From contig NC_057751.1 in NCBI RefSeq assembly GCF_004010195.1, positions 15,056,597 to 15,118,596 of the forward strand: a DNA stretch of 62,000 nt, read 5' to 3'. This document shows positions 10,851 to 22,800 of this stretch, one piece after another. The stretch comes from Chiloscyllium plagiosum. Lineage: Eukaryota. The notes under the pieces were generated by a model, which was given only the letters and a program-made list of their open reading frames with translations, was not told the DNA's origin and ran no database searches. Within the stretch, counting starts at the first letter, position 1, and every line of letters begins with the position of its first letter. The translations under genes and the position numbers were made by a program.

Positions 10851-13800
10851 TGTTTTGTTTTCCCAGTTAGAGAAAACATATTTGCAATATTCACAATGTG
10901 AGATAGTATAGCATTAAACTTTCAACCCGGAACCCAAACCAACATCTAAAAGTAAACCCCGACTTGAAGCACCTAAACATAATTCTAACTCGAAACCCAA
11001 TTCCGAAATTGACGCCCACCCTGACTCGAATCCTATGCTGAATTTTAGAGCTGCACCCAAAACTCAATCATCAACTTGATGCCCACCATTTCCAAAAGAC
11101 ATTCAATAAGGTACCCCATTAGGTTACATGTCGAAGAGCCCATTATATTGAGCACAGTCTGTTAGCTGGTTAGAGGATTGGCTGACCCGTTGCTCCCGAT
11201 GCGGTCTCCTCTACATTGGGGAGACTGGGTGCCTCCGAGCAGAGCGCTTTCGGAAACATCTCCGAGACACCCGCACCAATCAACCACACCGCCCCGTGGC
11301 CCAATATTTCAACTCCCCTTCCCACTCTGCCGAGGACATGGAGGTCCTGGACTCCTTCACCGCCGCTCCCACACCACCGCTACCTCACCACCAGACACCT
11401 GGAGGAAGAGCGCCTCATCTTCCGCCTCGGAACACTTCAACCCCAGGGCATCAATGTGGACTTCAACAGCTTCCTCATTTCCCCTTCCCCCCCCACCTCA
11501 TCCTAGTTTCAAACTTCCAGCTCAGCACTGTTCCCTTGACTTGTCCAGACTTGTCCTATCTGCCTAGCTCCTTTTCCACCTATCCACTCCACCCTCTCCT
11601 CCCTGACCTATCACCTTCATCTCCTCCCCACTTACCCATTGTACTCTATGCTACTTTCTCCCCACCCCCACCCTCCTCTAACTTATCTCTCCACGCTTCA
11701 GGTTCACTGCCTTTATTCCTGATTAAGGGCTTTTGCCCGAAACGTCGATTTCGAACTGCTGTGCTCTTCCAGCACCACTGATCCAGAATTTGGTTTCCAG
11801 CATCTGCAGTCATTGTTTTTACCAAAAGAGAGGTAGGTTAAGGTGATCATTTTCAGGATACCAACCTGGAACGAGTGGAGAACTGCAGGGATCATTGCAA
11901 GGGTCACAGTTGTTCATAACATATGATAATGACTTGGATGAGGAAAGTGAACGGATAACAGTGAAGTTTTCTGATGATGCAAAAACAAATGGAAAGGCAA
12001 GATTTGGAGATGCCGGTTTTGGATTGGGGTGTACAAAGTTAAAAAAATCACACAACACCAGGTTTTCGTCCAACAGGTTTAGTTGGAAGCATACTAGCTT
12101 TCGGAGCGCTGCTCCTTCATCAGGTGATTGTGCAAGCAGTCTCTAGTGGGATATAAAGAGGTTACATGAGTGTGCAACAACTTGACAGCTGCAATGCAAG
12201 TCAGAAGATGTGAAGTTATGCAGTTTGGTGAGAGGATTAGAAGAGCATCCTGCCGAGCTTTTCCAGCAGTTTCTGTTTTTGATTTCCAGCACATGCAGCT
12301 CTTTTGGATTTTATTTTTCAGAGGAATAATATTATTATCCTACAAATGCCACCTGACCTGTTGAGCTTTTCCAGCAATTTCGGTTTTTATTTCAGATTTC
12401 CAGCATTTGCATTATAGTCATACAGCACAGAAACAGACCCTTTGGTCCAACCAGTCCATGCCGATCAAAATCCCAAACAAAATTAGTCAAGCCTGAGCTT
12501 GGACGATATCTCTCCAAATATTTCTTATTCATGGACTTATCTAAATGTCTTCCAAACATTGTAACTGTACCTGTACCCACCACTTCCTCTGGAAGTTCAT
12601 TCCAAACACAAACCACTTTGTGTTTAAATAAAAATTGCCCCTCCTGACTGTTTTTGGTTCTTTCTCTCACCTTAAAAAATGCCCCCGAATCTTGAAATCC
12701 CCCATCGTGGGGAAAAGACACTTGCCATTCACCCGATCTATACCCCTCATGATTTTAGAAACATTGATAAGGTCACCCTTAAACCTCCTATGCTCCAGTG
12801 AGAAAAATCCCAACCTCTCAGCTTCTCCTTCTCACTTAAGCCATCCATCCATTCCTAGCAACATCCTGATATATCTCTTCTGAAGGAGCTGAAAATGTGT
12901 TGCTGGAAAAGCGCAGCAGGTCAGGCAGCATCCAGGGAACAGGAGAATCGACGTTTCGGGCATAAGCCCTTCTTCAGGAATGAGGAAAGTTTGTCCAGCA
13001 GGCTAAGATAAAAGGTAGAGGAGGGACTTGGGGGAGGGGCATCGGAAATGTGATAGGTGGAAAGAAGTCAAGGTGAGGGTGATAGGTCAGACTGGGGTGG
13101 GGGCGGAGAGGTCAGGAAGAAGATTGCAGGTTAGGAAGGCGGTGCTGAATTTGATGGATTTGACTGAGACAAGGTGGGGGGAGGGGAAATGAGGAAACTG
13201 GTGAAATCCGAGTTCACTTCTGAACCCTGCTGAACTTTATAATATCCTACCTATAACAGGTAGACCAGAACTGGACACTGTACTCCACAAGAGGCTTTGC
13301 CAACATCCTGCACAACAGCAGCATAATGTCCCAACTCCAGTATTCAAAGGTCTGAACAATGAAGGCAGGCTGCTAAACACTTTCTTAACTACCCTGCCTG
13401 TGTATGATGTAGACTTCTTGCATTTATTCAAATTAAATTCTCTGTGCTACACTTAAGCTCATTGACTCAATCGATCAAAAACTGTTTGTAATCTTAAATA
13501 ACCTTCTTCACTGTCCACTATTCCACCAACCTTGGTGTCATCCTCAAATGTACGAACCATACTTTCTATATTCTCATTTATATAAATGACAAACAAAAGT
13601 GGATCCAGTACTGATCTCTGTGGAACACCACTGGCCACAGTACTTCAATCCGAAAAACAGCCCTCCACCAGTCTGTCTGCTGCTGTTAAGCCAATTTTGT
13701 ATCCAATTGGCAAGCTTACCCTGAATCCCATGTGATCTAACTTTACTGGTTTGTCTCCCATGCAGGACCTTTTTGTTTGTTTTTTTTTATAGAAGAGTTA

Positions 13801-16800
13801 AATATTATTTAAATGGAGAAAAATACAGCACAGAGGAATTTGGGTGTCCTCATGCAAAGATCACAAAATGCCAGCATTCTTACAGCATGGGTGGTTCAGT
13901 GTTAGGAGGTGTTAGTACTGCTGCCTCACTGCCCCAGGAACCTGGATTCGATTCCTCCCTAGGGTGACTGTCTGTAGTTCGCACATTCCCCTGGTATCTG
14001 TGTGGGTTTCCTTTGGGTGCTCTGTCACAGTCCAAAGATGTGCAAGCTAGGTAGATTAGCCATTGGAAATGCAGGGTGCAGAGATAGGTGCATCAGTGTG
14101 GACTCGATCGGTTGAATAACCTGCTTCCAAACTGTAGGGATTCTTGATTCTGTGAAGTTCAGTGCGTAATATGGAAAGCAAATGGGAACAAGGGAATGGA
14201 ATATAAAACAGGAAGTTCTTGATAAAACTGCACAAGGTATTAGTTGGACTGCACTTGGAATAGTGTGAACAGTTTGTTTATTTAAGGAAAGGTGTACTGT
14301 CATTGATGGCTGTCCAATGAAGGTTCACTTCGTTGATTCCAGTAAGGAGATTAGTCATGGGGAAAAGGTAAAGCGGAGATGAGAATTGTGAGATCATTGA
14401 TTGTGGAGCAGACACAATGAACTGAATGGCTGCTTTTGCTCCTACATTTGAACCCCAATCTGAATCTTAGACCTAAACACTGCAATAACCCAAAAGCCAA
14501 TTCTGCACCCATGTCAATCCAAATTCTCGTCCAGGTGACTGGACATCCTGGTTTTGTCAGACCGCCCAAGGCCGTCCGAAATTTCCAAGTGGTCTGACTG
14601 TAAACTATTTTAGAGAGAAACCTTTTTCACCTCGCCTGGCATGGGAGAAACCATCTCCTTGACACCTTCAAGGAAATTGTCACTGCTTTTTCAGTGCCAA
14701 CAGCTCAGTAGTGTCGCAGTGTCAACAGTCATAGTGGTCTCATCAAAGACCAGTCCTGTCTGTTGAAAATAGCCACTTTTATGAAATCCTCATGACAAAT
14801 CACTGCAATACATCCTTGTGATTCCTACATGCAATTTGTTACCTTTAAGTTCAAGTGCTGTCCAAGTTTTAAAGGAGATTCCAAGGCCAGAATATTATAG
14901 AAGGTATTGCAATGTGTGCTATTTGGCTGTTCTGCTTTCCTGCACAGCAATAATCAAATTTGATTCATTAGCAGTGAAGCATTCTGAGCTGTAGTAATGA
15001 TCTGAGGGGCATGGGAATTGGTTGTCCTCTGTGGTGTTGACAGTAATTTAAAATAACACTTTTTTTATTCAAATACATTTGTTTGGAGTGGAATTTAGGT
15101 TATAGAGGTTTACAGCACAGAAGATAGGCCTTCAGCCCATCAAATCAATGCCATTGAAAAACAAGCACCTAATTATTCTAATTCTCTCTTCCAGGAGTTG
15201 GCCCATAGTCTTGAATGTTGTAACATAGCAAGTGCACATCTAAATACTTCTTAAATGTTGTGAGATGTCAGCCTCTACTCGCCAAACAGAAAGTAAGATC
15301 CAGATTTCTGCCAGCATCTGGGTGAAAATATTTTCTTCACATCCCCTCTAAACCTCCTGCTCTGTAAATCTATGCCCCCGCCCACCCAGTTATTGAACTG
15401 TCAAGCAAGGGGAAAGATTCCTTCCTGTCTGCAGTATCTATGTCCTTCTTGAGTTTAATCATCTCAATCATTTTCACACCCTCAGCGTCTTTGTTCCATG
15501 GAAAATAACCTTAGTCTATCTAATTCTGTTCATAACTCAAATTCTCCAGCCTACACAACATCCTGGTAAATCTCCTCTCACCAGCTTGAAAGCAGGGCAG
15601 CACGGTGGCTCAGTGGTTAGAACTGCTGCCTCACAGCACCAGGGACCCGGGGTCGATTCCAGCCTTGGGCGACTGTCAGTGTGGAGTTTGCATATTCTCC
15701 CCGTGTCTGTGTGGGTTTCCTCCCACAATCCAAAGATGTGCAGATTAGGTGAATTGGCCATACGAAATTGTCCATAGTGTTCAGGGATGTGTAGGCTGGG
15801 TGCATTAATCGTGGGGTAAATATAGGGTAGGGGAATGTGTCTGGGTGGGTTACTCTTCTGAGGGTTGGTGTGGACTTGTTGGGTCGAAGGGCCTGTTTTC
15901 AAGCTACAGGGATTCTAATACTAATTCTAATTGCATCCCACTGCAAGCCAATACTTTAGTTTTGGCCTAACCAACATTTTAGCTTAACCTCCCTGCTCTT
16001 AAGTTCTTTCTAATTTGGCTAATAAAGGCAAGTATCCTATATACTTCTTAACCACTTTGTCTACCTGTTCCCTTACCAGTGGATATGCACACCAAATTCC
16101 CTTTGATCCTCAGTGTTTCCCAAGGTTCTACTGTTCAACATGTCTTCCTTGCCTCATTTGTCTTTCCCAAGTGCATCACCTCTCACCTCTCTGGATTGAA
16201 TTCCATTTCGCACTGATCAGTCCAACTGACCAACATGTCTGTATGCTCATGTCATCTTCAGTATTTACCACCTCACCATTTTTTGTGTCATCGGCGAACT
16301 TACTGATCAACCCTCCTCCATTCAAATCTAAATCGTTTTTATATATATCAGCAAGCATCCCAATACTGATCTCTGTATAACCCTCCTGGACATAGGCTCT
16401 CAGTCATAAAAACATCCCTTGACCATCATCCTCTACTTCCTGCCACTCAGCCAATTCTCGATCCGATTAGCTCATTTTCTTTGGATCTCATGGGCTCTGA
16501 CTTTCACTATCAGCCTCCCAAGAGGGATCTTATCAAAAGCATTGCTGAAGTCCATGTACAGTCGGCTCTGATGCAATAGTTCCATTCTTGTTTGATCTTG
16601 CATTATAAGAAAATTATGGAATAACTGTGTCATTTAAACTAATGAGGTCAGGAAAGTTCGAGTTCTACACATAATGGTCTCAATTCTTCAATCTAGTTAA
16701 AGCCAATTCGCCTTGAAGAAACATATAGCAGAACCGACTATAGATCAAGTATTACATCCATCGGATGCATGCTCTGATCTGTACCTCTTTGAAAAATTCA

Positions 16801-19800
16801 ATCAAGTTAAGTCAGACATGACCTCCCATTAACGAAGCCATGCTGACTGTTCTTAATTAATTCCTGCCCTCCAAGTGCAGGGTAATATTGTGTCTCAGTT
16901 TTGGAGGTAGTGTAGAAAAGAGTCATGGTATTAAGTGATTACCTCATCAGGAGAAGTTGAGGCCCTCAAACTGTGAAAGTAGATAATTGAAGGACAGCCT
17001 TATGAGAATACACTAAAATTTAAGCAATTTGGAGAACAAAGCTTGAGCCAAAAATAGTGAAATGAAAATTATGGACTGGTGTGAGGGAAAACAATCTTTT
17101 TCAGGCAGATTGTTAGGAATGCTTGGAAATAAACATTTGATTTGGGAAGTTGGAGTACAAATTTACACTTCTGGGAGAGACATTTCAGTGAGGGGGAAAT
17201 GAATTTTTTTTCATTCTGGATGGAAAAATTAAGATGAGTTGAGAGGCTTTCTTGATTTGTATGCTTTTTAAAAAAAAATGTGTATTAATATTTTTTAACA
17301 TATTTACACTAATATTTTCTGCAGAACTGGCTAACTTTGAGAGGAATGTGAACCGGGCAATGCACAAGTACAATGCATACAGGTAAATCCCAAGATAGGC
17401 TGTTTAGATGCAAGTAAAAAATCCCAATTGAGAGGATTATTTTACATGTTCTGATACTTAGTCTTGGTTAACTCAGTAAAGATCAGTTATCATGACATCA
17501 TATGGTACTTCCAAATAGATCCAGCATGAACTGATGTTCTTGCCACATTGTGACGATCTGAAAAGAAGCCGTGATTACCAATGTGAACAATGTGTAATCA
17601 GATTGGGTATATAGATTAAGAACAAAGCAGTGAATAAGAATGTAGGTTTAATCCTTATTTTGTCACTTTGCAGATCAGATTACTGTTAATTAATTGCATG
17701 TTCAATGACATTGTGCGATACCAGATTTATATGTGAGACTCCCTTAGTAACATAAATGTGCAGAACACTTTTACAAAACAGTATTATGTTGTAACTCTCT
17801 GCTTAACTGTGAATGATTGCTGTATGGCAAATGGGTCTTTCAGAGTTGGTACTTCTTTTTATTTTCTTATGATAGGAAAGCAGCTTCAGTTATTGCAAAG
17901 TATCCAACAAAGATCAAGAGTGGTGCAGAAGCCAAAAAGCTGGTAAGCACTTGTAATTATTGAAAACATTTTTATAACTTCTAAAATGCTTTAAAGTTAA
18001 AATATATTTGTTTTGCTTCATTATTAACTTTTCTTAAATGATCTGAAGTTCCAAGAGGTTGAAGTGTGTGGTCCAAAGAGTGTTTTTTTTTACATAAATG
18101 CAAGGAACAAGAAGAAGTGAGTTGAATTTTAGGTTAAAAATCAGCTTGAATTGTATGATATAGTTTTTATTACTGAGACATGACCACAAAACAGGTGTTC
18201 AGGACTGGAAACTAAATATACCAGGAAGATGGTGAAAAAAGAGGGGTAAAGAGTATCCTTAATGGTCAAGAATGAAAGAACTTCACTAATAACAGAGGAT
18301 ACAATAAGAGGCATAGAAGCAGCAGATACTTTTTGGGTAGAATAATGAAATGAACAAAGATACATGGAACCTGTCTGTAAACCTCCAGTAGCAATTGAGA
18401 AGTAACAGATGTATAAATGCAGAGATTAGACAAGTATTTAAGAAAGGCAGGCTGCTTTAAATTTTTTTTAGCTTTCATATACATTGTGATAATTATGCTA
18501 GCACGAACCACAATCTCTCTGGGAAGAGTGAGCTGATAATTGTGCCCCACTCTTCCACAAGCTGTCACAAATGTACAAAATCCCAGTGACACCATCAAAA
18601 TGACAAATTTGTCTGACTGATTGTTACTCAGGACAAAAACAATTCACAACCTATTTCATTGATAACTGGAAAGTAACTTTGTATTGAAGCACACTTAATT
18701 CAACAAGATCAGGTAAAGGATTGCAAACTTAAACTATACCCCTTCAAAACCCTAAACATACATACACTTGATCATAGTTAAGACAGACAAACGATAAACA
18801 GTTTCGCATGCGTACTGTGTCCGTACAAAAGAATATAGACAAGGTAAACAAAATTCTGAAGATCAAAAGTTGAAATTACCAGGTAAAAAGGTATTTTTCT
18901 CATAGTCCTTTTAATTTTTGCAATGATGATACACTGTTCTCTGCAGGGGAACTGTTGCTCATTGATGTGATGTTGACCAGGTGAACTTAGGTCATTTCTT
19001 GTATGAATTCTTTCTTCTAAGATTGCTTGGTTTTATTTATTTTCTTCATATGCAGCGAGAAAAAGAGAGAGGGAGATATTGATGGTTTCTAGCTGGATAC
19101 TTCTTTCCCCACATTCTGCTCTTGGCAATTATGGGTTTTTTAACAATCTGCTTCTCAACCAATTAGAAGGCTATTGTCAGGCAGGATTTCTTTACTTCAT
19201 AAGATTCTTGATGTCATTCAGTGCTGAATTCTCCCTCTTAATTCTTCCAGAGAGCAATTGCTTTTCTGACTGCAACAATACACATTACTTGATTTTAAAG
19301 CTGCTGATATTTCAGTAACAGCAGCTGAAGTGAAAATTGTGATGTCTCTCACACATGCTTGAAAGGGAGTGAATTTGGGTGTGTCATTGCTAATTTTGGA
19401 TAACAACAACGTTAAGGTCAATGAGGGGGCAGCATTATTATTATATTTAGTAATGAACCAACTTTGTGCACCATTAATCTGTTCACTAATGTTTATCAAA
19501 TAGCATCTAAATATGATCGAATTCAACATACTATTTGAAAGGGAGAAACGTGAAATAGCTATTAAGATTCGGGATTTAGATAAGGCTGACTTCAACAGGA
19601 TTAGGGCAGGCCTCAAAATGGGGAACATGACAGAAGATTAGTGGGAGATATTCAAGAAAAAAATTATGATATAGAATTAGGTTTTATGTCCTTGAGGGAA
19701 AAGAACTCTGTTTGTCAAATAAAGCTATGAATGAAAAGCTGTGAACTTCTAAAGTGATCAGAATCATTATAAGATTCAATGAAATCATGGCAGATCCTCA

Positions 19801-22800
19801 ACCAGCTCATAGACACATTTTTGTCCTAACCCTTAAAGCCTGAGATGAATAGTTTCAGTTTAAATTTAACAGTGGTTATGACAACAGTTGCAGTTTGCAG
19901 AAGAGAGTTCCAAACTGTTGCTTTTCTTTGTATTTAGAAATATCTGCTAATTTCTTTCCTGAAATAACTGGCTCTAAATTTGAGATTATGTCTCCCTATC
20001 AGAGACTCCCGAGTATAAATTGTTTCTCTTTGTCAACATGTCTGTTCCCTATTCCGTCTTGAAAACTTTGATCGCATTACACCTTAACTGTCTAAGTTTC
20101 AGGAATGCAACCCTAGTTTGAGTAATCTCTCCTTGCTTGGAGTCCAGATATTAAACTATAAGTCTGTGCTGTACTTTCCACAGGTTAACATATCCTTCTG
20201 CAATTGTGATACCAAGACCTGCTCACACTCGCCAAATGATCAAACCAAGACTTTGTCTTGTTCAAGCATGATTGCTACCCTGTTGTATTCTAGTGCTCTC
20301 GGTAGAAAGGCCAGCAGACCATTAGCTTTTGAAATTATTTTCATTATCTGTTCAAAACTTAACCATCTTCTTTTTGTCTAGATTTGCTGAGATCTCTGAC
20401 ACAGATTACTTGTGGCGGGGGAGGGGCTATGTATCGAAACGTTTCAAGGTAGTAGGATAAATTGATAAAGCTAATAAGAGAGCGTTTGAGCTTTATTGAT
20501 AGAGGTACAGAGTACAAAAGCAAATAAGTAATGCAAATGCTTAACATAAAACATTTAAAAGACATTTAGATAAGTCCATGAATAATAAACGTTTGGAGGG
20601 ATGTGGGCCAAGCACAAGCAAGTGGGACTAGTTTAGTTTGAGATCATGGTCGGCATGGACTGGTTGGACTAAAGTGTCTGTTTCCGTGCTGTATGACCAT
20701 GACACTGCAACTCGATAAAATGCTAGTTAGTCATCTGTTGGAGTATTATATTCAAATCTGGACACCAGATCTTAAGAAGGCTGTCAAAATCCTGGAGACT
20801 GTGGGAACAATTTTATACAATGGTGTAATAGAGAAAGGACCATTTGTGTTGTGAGATTGCAGAATATTCAGCTTGAAAGGTCGAACGTTTTGAGAAAACT
20901 TGATAGTCTTCACCATCAAGAATTGAGCGTGTCAGTGTTGTACTCAAGCTGCTTGCGTGAAAAGGTTGTGAATTCAGACCACAATCCAGATACTGTAGCA
21001 CAAAATCAGTGGCTGGCCCTTTTAGATTAGATTAGATTAGATTAGATATGAGACTTTAAATGCAAGCATGCTGTCTCATAAAAGTCAATGGTTGTATTTG
21101 GAAATGAAACAAGGTGAGTTATTTGGATCATGATTTATATCAAAGTCAATAAGGATAAAATCACCCTTTTTTGTTGTGAGCGCATTGCTGTTTGTATGAT
21201 TTTGGAGTGTCCTAATTAACTTCCTTTTATTCAACTTTTCAAATAAGTAATACATTTTGGAAAAATAATTGATTATGAAATGCTTTGAGACATTGCGGGA
21301 GGTGCTATATAAATTTCAAGTCTTTTTTTCATTATGCCGCCGCCACCAATTTGTATTCCACTAAATTTCATAATATCTGTGTAAATGCTATATTGTCATG
21401 TGAATGAAGGTGGACTGAGTGAACATTTTTCAGTTTATTTTGTTTGATGATAGAGTACTTGAGTTTCACCAGCATTCCTCCAGATTACCTACTGGAAATT
21501 ATGAACTTGACCATGGTGTGCTGGAACAAAGAATATGAATAGAGTGCTATAGTCCATGATCTATCTCTTGATTTTTTTTCCACTTTTCATCTCTTTTGTT
21601 TTCCAAGTTTGAAAGTTACAGTCTTCAGTTTCTTGCATCTAAATTACATATTCTTTTGTTTGTGCATTACAATTAATTGTTTGAAATTATGTGAAATGTC
21701 TGAGTGAATACTGTTATAATTTCCATTACCAACATTTTTAGGAAGGAGTTGGTGACAGGATTGCAAAGAAGATTGATGAATTTCTCGCAACAGGGAAACT
21801 GCAAAAATTAGAAAAGGTATACTATGTATTTCTCTGTAGTTGACCTTTCAGGCTGACAATTAACTGATTTAGATTTGATGGAGGTTAATGGTAGTATTTT
21901 GATAGGTCCTTTACTGGCAAATAAGAAATTACGTCATTGTTCAAGAAATCTTATTGGCTGTGGCCTTCTGATCATGACATTATGATTGCTATTACTTTTC
22001 GTCGGAATTTTCTTTATACTCTTTTAAACAAGGATAGAAATAAAAAGATGAAGACTTCCCTGACACCTCCCCCATCAAACACTCCTGGGTGGGGACTGCA
22101 TGGGTAAAATATAGCATAAAGTTTTCTCTATCCTATTTAAGTAGAAGGAAAAGTTTCCTCGCATCTCAAAACAAAAAGAAAGTATCTTTGATTCTGGAAA
22201 AATGAAAATCAGTAAATAGACATAAAATGGCCCCCCTTGATTCCGCCCTCAGCAACCATTTTTGGAAACAGGTCGAACTGTAAAATAAGCTTTCCCCGGC
22301 TTGTTCGAAAGCAAAGGAAACTTTAAAAACAACAAATCCCCTCTGCTCCGTCCCCATTGAATGGTCCCAGAACAGGGACAACAAGGGTTTCAAAATCCAG
22401 AGGACGGTTCCTCTACTCATTTCAACTAAAAGTAAAATCCGCTCACACCAACAGCATCAATAAAATCCCCCTTTGGCTGTTCCAAGAGGTCCAAAATCAG
22501 TACAAAAGAAAAATAGAACTTCCTCTTACTGTGCACAAAACCAGGAGCACAAACTTAAGAAGTTGAAAGAAAACTTCCCTTACTTAAGCAAAATATCACT
22601 GCTCAAACTGGTGATGCCCTCCAGTTCCTGCAGTGCCAATCGTAAAGGCCTTCATTATACCGGTGAGCACTGTGTGCTCCTGCTCCAGGGATACCCCAGT
22701 GCCAACATAACCACGCAAGAGGAGCAGACAGTGAAAAACAACGAGTTCCTCCTCGGCCAGCTGCAAGGACCTGTGAATGGCCATCTTGCCCAGCCCAGGA

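Larger units (their letters stand above)
12415..13772 (-). mobile_element. CR1/HER1-like LINE (RT to 3' end), nested, interrupted by a PLE
   Basis: Homologous to 8905-10183; [13 protein letters not shown] motif. Confidence 0.85.
11085..14440 (+). mobile_element. old CR1 RT/3' fragment (pieces about 11085-11186, 11824-12000, 12130-12240, 13785-14440) hosting nested insertions
   Basis: FNKVPH..WLEDWLT resumes after the PLE as [29 protein letters not shown], and again at 13785 as YYLNGE. Confidence 0.75.
15100..16880 (-). mobile_element. CR1-like LINE fragment hosting a SINE and a MITE
   Basis: [22 protein letters not shown] on the minus strand. Confidence 0.8.

Noticed and set aside
10724..10911. 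Extension of the exon 1 ORF ([11 protein letters not shown]...)
   Set aside because: Read-through into intron 1; POLB homology ends at the GT donor at 10724.
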